DNA of 17,657 bases from Calditrichaceae bacterium (lineage in GTDB: Bacteria; Calditrichota; Calditrichia; Calditrichales; JBFXGD01). Both the position numbers and the translations under genes were made by a program. Under the pieces are notes generated by a model. That model saw only the letters and a list, made by a program, of their open reading frames with translations, made no database searches and was not told the DNA's origin. Within the stretch, counting starts at the first letter, position 1, and the number at the start of each line of letters is the position of its first letter. The stretch is from NCBI GenBank assembly GCA_050178385.1, contig JBFXGD010000062.1, forward strand, positions 1 to 17,657, read 5' to 3'. This document shows positions 9,757 through 17,656 of this stretch, one piece after another.

Positions 9757-11025
9757 ATGCAGATCATGCCTGTATCATTGCAATACTACAAATTTTGCGC
9801 TTATGGTTTTCTAAAAAATCTGCGTTTTTTTGATGTTTTCTTTCTGCTCTTTCTGCGTGAATCCGGGATAAGCTTTCTTCAGATAGGAACGCTCTATTCC
9901 ATTCGTCAGATTACCATCAATATTTTTGAAATCCCCTCCGGAATTGCGGCGGACGCGTTCGGCAGAAAAAGCGCTCTGATGTTTTCAATGTTTTCCTACA
10001 TCATCTCCTTCGCGATTTTTTATCTCGCGGATAATTTCGGATTATACGCCTTTGCAATGATTGCCTTTGGTATCGGCGAAGCCTTTCGCACCGGAACGCA
10101 CAAGGCGATGATTTTGGATTATCTTAAACAAAATAATCTGCTGCAGTTCAAAACCCGTTATTACGGCAGTACCCGCTCATGGTCGCAAATCGGATCGGCG
10201 CTCAGTTCGCTTTCCGCGATGGTGATTGTTTTTCTGACCGGCAATTACCGGGAAGTTTTCCTGATCACCACCATACCCTATCTGCTTGATCTGATCCTCA
10301 TCGGCACATACCCTTCTTCTTTAAATAAACGTCCAAATAAGGATGCGGGTCAGTCGATTGTCCCTTCACTCAGGAAGGAAGTCTTAGCCATTTGGCGGTC
10401 ATTTTTGGAAATTTTTAAATCCGCGAGCTCAATGCGGGCGATTTTCAGCACATCAGCCTATATTTCACTGTTCAAAAGCACAAAAGATTACATTCAGCCG
10501 GTCCTGGAAACCATGGCGCTTACCTTACCTCTTCTTGTGGCGTTTGAAGACCAAAAAAGATCGGCGATCGTCATCGGGGTCACCTATTTCCTGATTTTTC
10601 TCATGACATCATTTGCCGCCCGCAACGCCTGGAAACTGGAAGCGCGATTCAAAAATCTGCCGCTCTCCATTGATGTCGCCTATCTGATAGGGGTGACAGG
10701 CATCGGCATATCAGGTATTTTATTGAAGCTGGAGTATCCAATCCTCGCGGTTATCGCCTTTATCAGTCTTTATCTGATACAGAATATCCGCCGGCCTCTC
10801 GCGGTGAGTTACCTGAGCGAACTGATTTCACAGGATGTGATGGCTTCCGGATTGTCCGTTGAATCACAGATGGAGACTTTGCTTGTCGCTGTTTTTGCCC
10901 CGGTCCTGGGTCTGGTGATTGATTACGCGGGGATAGGGGGCGGATTGATGTTCGCGGGTTTCAGTTTTCTGCTTATGTATCCCTTTCTCCGTCTTTCCCG
11001 GGGCGCCGAATCCGATAAATCATGA
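9757..11025 (+). CDS. Major facilitator superfamily transporter
   Basis: 422 aa with many hydrophobic segments and MFS motif A-like EIPSGIAADAFGRK, plus GIGEAFRTGT. Substrate unknown. Confidence 0.9.
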   Translation: MQIMPVSLQYYKFCAYGFLKNLRFFDVFFLLFLRESGISFLQIGTLYSIRQITINIFEIPSGIAADAFGRKSALMFSMFSYIISFAIFYLADNFGLYAFAMIAFGIGEAFRTGTHKAMILDYLKQNNLLQFKTRYYGSTRSWSQIGSALSSLSAMVIVFLTGNYREVFLITTIPYLLDLILIGTYPSSLNKRPNKDAGQSIVPSLRKEVLAIWRSFLEIFKSASSMRAIFSTSAYISLFKSTKDYIQPVLETMALTLPLLVAFEDQKRSAIVIGVTYFLIFLMTSFAARNAWKLEARFKNLPLSIDVAYLIGVTGIGISGILLKLEYPILAVIAFISLYLIQNIRRPLAVSYLSELISQDVMASGLSVESQMETLLVAVFAPVLGLVIDYAGIGGGLMFAGFSFLLMYPFLRLSRGAESDKS

Positions 11026-11065
11026 TCATCCTGTCCGGAGGAATGGGTTAAAATGTCTTCTTGAA

Positions 11066-11829
11066 ACTATTTTTCTACTAAGGTTAACAAAATATAAAAT
11101 AAGGTTTTTTTCAGGTTGGCTGATCGATTATTAAACCTTATTTTTGTCTTCCAAACCTTAGTAGAAATACAGAACATAACTCAATCTAAATCTTATACAT
11201 TATTAATAAAACAAATAGGTTAACAAAATATAAAATAAGGTTTTTTTCAGGTTGGCTGATCGATTATTAAACCTTATTTCTGTCTTCCAAACCTTAGTAG
11301 AAAAACAAAACACAACTCAATCTAAATCTTATACATTATTATTAAAACAAACCGGAGAAATAAAATTTGAACTCAAAATCAAAACATTTTAAATAAGGTA
11401 TAACATTATTGGGATACTATTTTTCTACTAAGGTTAACAAAATATAAAATAAGGTTTTCTTCAGGTTGGCTGATCGATTATTAAACCTTATTTTTGTCTT
11501 CCAAACCTTAGTAGAAATACAGAACATAACTCAATCTAAATCTTATACATTATTAATAAAACAAATAGGTTAACAAAAAATAAAATAAGGTTTTTCAGGA
11601 TGGCTGATCGATTATTAAACCTTATTTCTGTCTTCCAAAACCTTAGTAGAAATACAGAACATAAATCAATCTAAATCTTATACATCATTAATAAAACAAA
11701 TAGGTTAACAAAAAATAAAATAAGGTTTTTTTCAGGTTGGCTGATCGATTATTAAACCTTATTTCTGTCGTCCCAAGCCTTAGTAGAAAAACAAAACACA
11801 ACTCAATCTAAATCTTATACATTATTAAT
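11066..11829 (+). repeat. Upstream array: five direct copies of a nested palindromic unit plus AT-rich tail
   Basis: The anchor AGGTTAACAAAA occurs at 11081, 11217, 11431, 11567 and 11702 (periods 136, 214, 136, 135). Core: AATAAGGTTT..TCAG-GTTGG-CTGA-TCGATTATT-AAACCTTATT..TGTCTTCCAAACCTTAGTAGAAA. Tail: ..CTCAATCTAAATCTTATACATTATT. Confidence 0.97.
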
Positions 11830-11848
11830 GGAAAGGTAAATAAAGAAA

Positions 11849-12304
11849 ATGAAAATCGAATACAACAATCTTTATACACACTTTGTGTTTACCACCTATC
11901 AACGTCAACCGATCATTCCGGAACATAACCGAATTAGAATAGAAAAATATATTACCGGAATTATAAATAATAATGATTCGAAATTATATGCTATTTACGC
12001 TAATCCGGATCATGTCCATTTTTTAGTATCACGAAGTCCTGCAATTTCTGAAGAAAAATTAGCAACAACTGTATCTGATAGCAGCCTGCGTTTTATTAAT
12101 GAAAATAAACTTGCCGGAAATAATTTTGCATGGCAAAATACTGCATCGGCTTTTTCTGTATCCAAATCTGATGTTGATAAAATATGCAAATATATTTTGA
12201 ATCAACCAATACACCATAAAAAAGTGTCATTTGATGAAGAATATGAAAAATTTATAAAATTTCATCAAACCAATTTACAGAAAATACGAAACAAGGATAA
12301 ATGA
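11849..12304 (+). CDS. tnpA: IS200/IS605-family Y1 (HUH) transposase, TnpA/RAYT-like
   Basis: 151 aa with N-terminal YTHFVFTT..R, HUH motif NPDHVHFLV, FAWQ...AFSVS and catalytic-Tyr helix KYILNQPIHH. Purine-rich GGAAAGG lies upstream. Confidence 0.88.
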   Translation: MKIEYNNLYTHFVFTTYQRQPIIPEHNRIRIEKYITGIINNNDSKLYAIYANPDHVHFLVSRSPAISEEKLATTVSDSSLRFINENKLAGNNFAWQNTASAFSVSKSDVDKICKYILNQPIHHKKVSFDEEYEKFIKFHQTNLQKIRNKDK

Positions 12305-12349
12305 TTGAAACATAAAATAATAATGTCAATAACTACATGAATAAATCTA

Positions 12350-12677
12350 TCTACTAAGGTTTACAAAAAATAAAATAAGGTTTATTCAGGATAGCTGATC
12401 GATTATTGAATCATATTTTTGTCTTCCAAAACCTTAGTAGAAATACAGAACATAACTCAATCTAAATCTTATACAGTATTAAAAATACAAACCGGAAAAA
12501 TAAAATTTAAACTCAAAATCAAAACATTTTAAATAAGGTATAACATTATTGGGATACTATTTTTCTACTAAGGTTTACAAAAAATAAAATAAGGTTTATT
12601 CAGGATGGCTGATCGATTATTGAATCATATTTTTGTCTTCCAAAACCTTAGTAGAAAAACAAAACACAACTCAATCT
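12350..12677 (+). repeat. Downstream array: two more direct copies of the palindromic unit
   Basis: Anchor AGGTTTACAAAA at 12357 and 12571 (period 214). Both copies have full CTACTAAGGTTT...AAACCTTAGTAG arms and are joined by the same 79-nt linker seen at 11352-11430. Confidence 0.97.
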
Positions 12678-12824
12678 TAACCTTATTACTTTATGTCAGG
12701 CAGAATTTTAACTTCCCAAATTTTGGCTAAAAATTTTTACTTATTTTCAAAAACTCCCATTTATTCCTTCATCGCGAGTCAGTATGATTGACAATGCATG
12801 CCCGCTACTCCAAACTCTTAACTT

Positions 12825-12858
12825 TTCCTACTTCCTACTTCCTACTTCTTACTTTTAC
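12825..12858. repeat. Short heptamer tandem repeat (TTCCTAC)n
   Basis: TTCCTAC x3 (12825-12845), followed by the degenerate copies TTCTTAC and TTTTAC. Confidence 0.8.
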
Positions 12859-12927
12859 TAGGCGGGCTTCACAATTTCCCAATCAATTTTTGTATTAAAT
12901 TAACTTTCAAGGAAAATAGTTTTTTGA

Positions 12928-13716
12928 TCATAAAAGCTTTTGCTGTATTGTATCAAGAAGCGATATCATCTGGCGGGCATTTTTGATTGCCTTACCGTTG
13001 GGGTGATTATTAAAGTAAATATATGTTTTGTACGTTTTTTTCATCAGATTACTGATGTGAATCAGCCATTCCTTTAGTTCTTCTTCCTTATATTCATAAT
13101 CATACCGCGCCGATCCCTGACCGCTCCACCAGCTGTCTTCATTACGGCCATGAAACCGGATATACCCTGTCTCCGTCGTCGCGATTTCCTGACCGGGAAT
13201 CAAACCTTCCAGCGCCGGTTCATCAACGTTGACGTAACCGATGCCATGATCGTGCAAAAAGGGTACGATTTGCGGCTTGTTCCATGATGAATTCCTGAAC
13301 TCCGCGAATAATGGTAAATTTCCCGCGTATTTTCTTGTTTCTATCAGATATTTTCTATTGATTTCATTGTTTTTGAACGAATACGGAAATTGAGCCAGAA
13401 ACCCGCGGAATTTGCCTGACTCGATCAGCGGCTGGACGGCATCGGTCAGTTTTTTAAACGCGGATTCATTTTCCAGTCTGCGATGGGTCGTTTCCTGATT
13501 GGTTTTGACAATAAATTCAAACTGTTTAGGCGTTTTTTCGGCCATTCTGCTGAATACGGAAACGGATGGAATCGTATAATATGTCGCGTTTATTTCGACC
13601 GTACCAAAATGCCGCGTATAATATTCAAGCATGTCTTTTTTTTGCATTCCATCCGGATAAAAGACTCCGCGCCAGTCATCATAACTGTAACCGGATGTAC
13701 CGATTTGAATCTTCAT
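12928..13716 (-). CDS. DUF72 (YecE-like) domain protein
   Basis: IGTSGYSYDDWRGVFYP, VEINATYY, LAQFPYSF, EFRNSSW, YIRFHGRN, RYDYEY and YFNNH..G.AIKNA motifs. Start placed at ATG 13716, downstream of GGAGG. Confidence 0.92.
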   Translation of the reverse strand: MKIQIGTSGYSYDDWRGVFYPDGMQKKDMLEYYTRHFGTVEINATYYTIPSVSVFSRMAEKTPKQFEFIVKTNQETTHRRLENESAFKKLTDAVQPLIESGKFRGFLAQFPYSFKNNEINRKYLIETRKYAGNLPLFAEFRNSSWNKPQIVPFLHDHGIGYVNVDEPALEGLIPGQEIATTETGYIRFHGRNEDSWWSGQGSARYDYEYKEEELKEWLIHISNLMKKTYKTYIYFNNHPNGKAIKNARQMISLLDTIQQKLL

Positions 13717-13861
13717 ATTTTTGGATAACCCTCCGCCTTTTCCAAGACGATTTCCCGGAAACCATAATTTGATCATTCAAATTTACTTGTAAATAGCGCT
13801 GATCACGATTATTTTTATCAACTTAAATACCTCTGTCATAAAAGGAAAGAATATTTTGCAA

Positions 13862-14632
13862 ATGAAAAAAGTGATCATCATCGGATGCACCTCCGGGATT
13901 GGATTCGAACTCGCCCGCCAATATCTTAAAATGGGATATATTGTTGGCGGAACCGGCCGTCGCGCACAAATTCTTGATGATATGGAGAAAGAATGGAAGG
14001 GCCGGTTCTTTGGCGCCACGCTTGACATGACAGAATACGACACTGTCGCTCCTGTCTGCGCATCTCTGCTTTCCAAAACAGGAGGCATGGATCTCTTCAT
14101 CATTTCTGCCGCGTTCAGCAGCAAAAACAAATCCCTTGAGTTCGCGGTTGAAGATGATATTATCCGTACAAACGTGAACGGATTTGTGGCGTCCGCGAAT
14201 TTTGCGGCTAAATATTTTATAAATCAAAAAAGCGGACATCTCGCGGGCATCTCCTCCGTGGCAAAATATTTTGGGAATCCGGGCAGTCTCGCATACAACG
14301 CGTCAAAAGCATTTATATCCACCTACATGGAAGGTCTGAGCCTTCGTCTCGAGAAGCATTCGGTATCTGTCACGGATATAAGACCGGGATTTGTGGATAC
14401 ACCGATGATTGCGGGCCTTAAACATTCATTCTGGCTCGTATCGGTCGAAAAAGCAGCGCGTCAGATTATTCAGTCGATCGGAAAAAGAAAAAGGATTGTC
14501 TATATTTCAAAACGTTGGAGAATCGCGTCGTGGATATTACCCCACCTTCCATATCGCGTTTTTCGTGTTTTAAATAAAGTCGATACCGGGGATCATCATT
14601 TAAAGGGTGAAACAGAACCGCCGTCCAAATAA
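13862..14632 (+). CDS. Short-chain dehydrogenase/reductase family oxidoreductase
   Basis: Rossmann motif IIIGCTSGIG, ISSVA, catalytic YNASK (YxxxK) and IRPGFVDTPM. ATG at 13862 is the likely start. Confidence 0.93.
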   Translation: MKKVIIIGCTSGIGFELARQYLKMGYIVGGTGRRAQILDDMEKEWKGRFFGATLDMTEYDTVAPVCASLLSKTGGMDLFIISAAFSSKNKSLEFAVEDDIIRTNVNGFVASANFAAKYFINQKSGHLAGISSVAKYFGNPGSLAYNASKAFISTYMEGLSLRLEKHSVSVTDIRPGFVDTPMIAGLKHSFWLVSVEKAARQIIQSIGKRKRIVYISKRWRIASWILPHLPYRVFRVLNKVDTGDHHLKGETEPPSK

Positions 14633-16830
14633 CCCAGATAGCTTGTATCCTGCTCAATTCTAAAATTATTATTCAACAGTTTATACGCCCAGTAATTTTT
14701 CATTACTTTCCGCACATAATCCCTTGTTTCATAAAATTCTATATTTTCGATAAATACATCCATTTGATCTGATCCGTCTATTTTCATCCAGCGCTTTACC
14801 CGGTTCGGCCCGGCATTATAGGCAGCCAGAACGAGCTCAGGTCGCTCGTCAAACTGACGGAATAACTGTTTTACATAAAGTGAACCAAGATGAATATTAA
14901 ATTCCGGATCAAATAACTGTTCCGTCGAATGATATTTCACACCTGCCAAACGGGCCATATCCTTTGCGGTAAACGGCATCAGCTGCATTAATCCGTAAGC
15001 GTTTGCCCGTGACCGTACTTTTGACTCGAACACGCTTTCCTGCTTCATGACCGAGAGAAGCATCTCCTTCTCAAGACCATAACGGTGGGCATATTTATCG
15101 ACGATATTGTCATAATAAAACGGGAAACGCTCTTTCAACATAAATGATTTTTCAACAAATGAGACATCGCCAAAAAATTTTTTGTTTATATAATCATAAA
15201 CACGGTACGCTTTTCCATATGCTCCCAGCTTTTTGTAGATCTCGGCCAGCGCGATCCATTCTTCTCTTGTACTTGCCGAAAGTTTGATATCAGAAAGGGC
15301 GGCATAGGCATATTCGTCTCCGAGCAGTTCTCTCACTATAAACGCGTTTTCGAACTGGTCAATAAAATTCGCGAAACCGTTTGCATAATATTGCAGCGGG
15401 TTTGGTGTATTCTTAAACTCCCTGATCATACTCCAGTTGGAATCGATGAATGCCTTCTGCATCAGATAACTTTTCATCGTGTAGTAGTCATCCCACATGT
15501 TCTTTGCCAGGGATAACCTTAATCTGTTTGCCGAAACACTGTCCCCTGCCGCGTCCCTGCATAGAGATGACCAATACTGAGCGCGGTTTGTGTGCAGATC
15601 AGGCCATCTTTTATACCTGATATCCATAAATACCGCATCCGCTTCCAAATACCTGCCCAACCGGTAATGCGTGAATCCTTCCCTGAAACTCGCCTCTTTC
15701 GCAAACTCATTTCTCGGCCAGCGTGTTCTTACTTCACGATAGAGAGCCGCCGCATTTTCCAACTCATGTAATTCTTCATAAATCCAGGCGGCCTTCCAAA
15801 CCGATTCAGCCGCGTTACGTCTTCTCGGGTAACGGTTAGCATAATCTTCATAAGCGTCAATGGCATCCTGCTTCTTTCCCTGCTTATAATAAATTCGCGC
15901 GATATAAAGGCGGATATAGGGCTCCAGATTTTTATTCTTCAGAATATTTAACTGATCCTTAAAACCATAAAGGGCGGTCTGATATTTTCCCTCCGCGTAG
16001 TAAAGCTTAATCAGATAATATCTGGCTTTTTCCTTGTTTGGTTCGTTTGCTTCGGTCTTGATATAATTCTCGAGCATTCCCCTGAGCCGGTTGTATTTCT
16101 GATTCCCGAAATAAATATCAACGACATCAAAAAACTGCTCTCTGTAAAATGCTGGTTCTTTCTCCTCAAGCCATTCAGCCAATTCTCTCGCTGCCTGTGA
16201 TGACTGGTATTTAGCGAGAATCTGATTGAATTCCTTCAATGCCATTGATTTTTTACCGTCAAAATATAATGACATTGCCGATCGGATCCGCAGATATGCC
16301 GGATCAGACATATTGATATTACGATTCATCGATTCGGAATAATATTTATATGCATCCGCGTACATTTTCATATTAAAAAGTTCATCCGATAGAACGATCA
16401 GTAGTGAATCGGATAGTGAATGGCGGTCGTACTTGTCAATAAAATATTTGCTTTCTATCACCGCCTGAACACGATCCGATTCCCATAAACTTTTGATATA
16501 AAAATAATGGCAGTATTCATTCAGAAACTGGTATTCCTCCTTCAAATTCCTGAACATTGCCCCGGAAGTGGCGTATTTTTCTGTTCTGTAAAATGAGTAG
16601 GCGATTTTAAATTCGGTTTGTACATTAAAGCGGTTTTGAGTTTTTGAACGGGCTTCGAGATATACATCCAGAGCCCGGCGGTATTCGGCCCGGTTATAGA
16701 GACTGTCGGCTGCCTGATAAATATTGCTGACCAGGATTAAATCATCGCTGTTGTTTATCTCCCCGTGAGATACACTTGTCACAAGAATCAACAATAGAAA
16801 AAATATCCGGATCAGTAATTTCTTTAACAT
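14596..16830 (-). CDS. Soluble lytic murein transglycosylase (Slt-like) with N-terminal TPR/helical region
   Basis: Signal-peptide-like N-terminus, TPR-like repeats, and a C-terminal SLT domain with catalytic MKQES, AYGLMQL, NIHLG..Y, AAYNAG and ETRDYV. Confidence 0.92.
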   Translation of the reverse strand: MLKKLLIRIFFLLLILVTSVSHGEINNSDDLILVSNIYQAADSLYNRAEYRRALDVYLEARSKTQNRFNVQTEFKIAYSFYRTEKYATSGAMFRNLKEEYQFLNEYCHYFYIKSLWESDRVQAVIESKYFIDKYDRHSLSDSLLIVLSDELFNMKMYADAYKYYSESMNRNINMSDPAYLRIRSAMSLYFDGKKSMALKEFNQILAKYQSSQAARELAEWLEEKEPAFYREQFFDVVDIYFGNQKYNRLRGMLENYIKTEANEPNKEKARYYLIKLYYAEGKYQTALYGFKDQLNILKNKNLEPYIRLYIARIYYKQGKKQDAIDAYEDYANRYPRRRNAAESVWKAAWIYEELHELENAAALYREVRTRWPRNEFAKEASFREGFTHYRLGRYLEADAVFMDIRYKRWPDLHTNRAQYWSSLCRDAAGDSVSANRLRLSLAKNMWDDYYTMKSYLMQKAFIDSNWSMIREFKNTPNPLQYYANGFANFIDQFENAFIVRELLGDEYAYAALSDIKLSASTREEWIALAEIYKKLGAYGKAYRVYDYINKKFFGDVSFVEKSFMLKERFPFYYDNIVDKYAHRYGLEKEMLLSVMKQESVFESKVRSRANAYGLMQLMPFTAKDMARLAGVKYHSTEQLFDPEFNIHLGSLYVKQLFRQFDERPELVLAAYNAGPNRVKRWMKIDGSDQMDVFIENIEFYETRDYVRKVMKNYWAYKLLNNNFRIEQDTSYLGYLDGGSVSPFK

Positions 16831-17119
16831 ACACCAATACTCGGTTTGTTAAGCTTTTTTATGAGACAAATATAAGTATTTATTTATATAATTTGTAAGA
16901 CAGCGGTCACATTTTAGTTCCAATTCAGCAAAATCACACAATCCGGCGCTAATCTCATTGTGTTAAACATTTCCCGTGCCCGTTTTATTCTCTCGGCTCT
17001 CAGCCGGATCAGGAACTTTCACAAAAGCGATTCTTCCGCATCATGCGTTTTTTGAAAAGAGGAGGGATAATTAAAGGAGAGTGAAACCGGCCTCAGCCGG
17101 AAAACAAAAAAGCAGTGAA

Positions 17120-17656
17120 TTATTTCACTGCTTTCAATGCATTCTCTATATCCTGCAGAAGATCTGCTTCATCTTCAATTCCTACCGAAAGCCGAATCAG
17201 TCCGTCAGTCAAGCCAAATTTTAAACGCTCTTCTTTTGGTACCGAGGCATGCGTCATTATGGCGGGGTGATCAACCAGACTTTCCACGCCTCCCAGACTT
17301 TCAGCCAGCGCGAAAATCCTGACAGTTTCCGCAAAAGCCTTCGCCCTTTCGAGCGATCCGAGTTCAAACGATACCATCCCCCCAAAACCGCTCATCTGTT
17401 TCTTGGCCAGTTCGTGCTGAGGGTGGCTTGTCAGTCCCGGATAATATACCTTTTCGATCTTCGGGTTCTTTTCCAGATAAGCCGCAACCGCCTTTGCGTT
17501 TTTTTCATGTTCACGCATACGCAGCGCGAGCGTTTTTGTTGAACGCAAGACAAGAAAACAATCCTGAGGACCGGGTACGGCGCCCACCGCGTTTTGTAAA
17601 AAATATAGTTTATCGGCCAGAGCATTATCAGAAAGTACCAGAATCCCGCCGACGAT
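17120..17656 (-). CDS. Cystathionine gamma-lyase/synthase family PLP enzyme (C-terminal part; begins beyond the right edge)
   Basis: The frame stays open to the edge (IVGGILVLSDNALADKLYFLQNAVGAVPGPQDCFL...). Motifs: VYYPGL, QMSGFGGMVSF, LAESLGGVESL, HPAIMTH and LIRLSVGIED. Confidence 0.93.
   Translation of the reverse strand: MVGGILVLSDNALADKLYFLQNAVGAVPGPQDCFLVLRSTKTLALRMREHEKNAKAVAAYLEKNPKIEKVYYPGLTSHPQHELAKKQMSGFGGMVSFELGSLERAKAFAETVRIFALAESLGGVESLVDHPAIMTHASVPKEERLKFGLTDGLIRLSVGIEDEADLLQDIENALKAVK

Larger units (their letters stand above)
11066..12677 (+). mobile_element. AT-rich island: Y1 HUH transposase/RAYT-like gene embedded in an array of long palindromic repeats
   Basis: Visibly more AT-rich than flanking genes. 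Repeat homology begins at ~11066 (ACTATTTTTCTAC) and ends at ~12677 (CAACTCAATCT). The only convincing ORF is the HUH protein. Confidence 0.7.

Noticed and set aside
11367..11395. Sigma70 promoter in the 79-nt linker (TTGAAC-17-TAAATA)
   Set aside because: The -10 match is poor and the -35 is altered to TTAAAC in the second linker copy. Such matches are expected in AT-rich DNA.
11066..12677. CRISPR array
   Set aside because: Units are ~135-214 bp, inter-unit sequences are themselves repeated rather than unique spacers, and there are no cas genes in the window.
11066..12677. Integron attC cassette array
   Set aside because: The palindrome length is similar, but the ends do not show the RYYYAAC...GTTRRRY arrangement, most slots have no ORF, and there is no tyrosine integrase.
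12305..12927. tnpB/IscB gene or omega-RNA of an IS605-type element
   Set aside because: No sizeable ORF or RuvC/zinc-finger remnant is recognisable after tnpA. The region is repeats and AT-rich spacer.
214..17625. Numerous short ORFs in the track (e.g. 558-899, 1546-2064, 8299-8853, 13823-14239, 17249-17542)
   Set aside because: They lie antisense or out of frame within well-supported genes and show no recognisable motifs, so they are treated as shadow ORFs.
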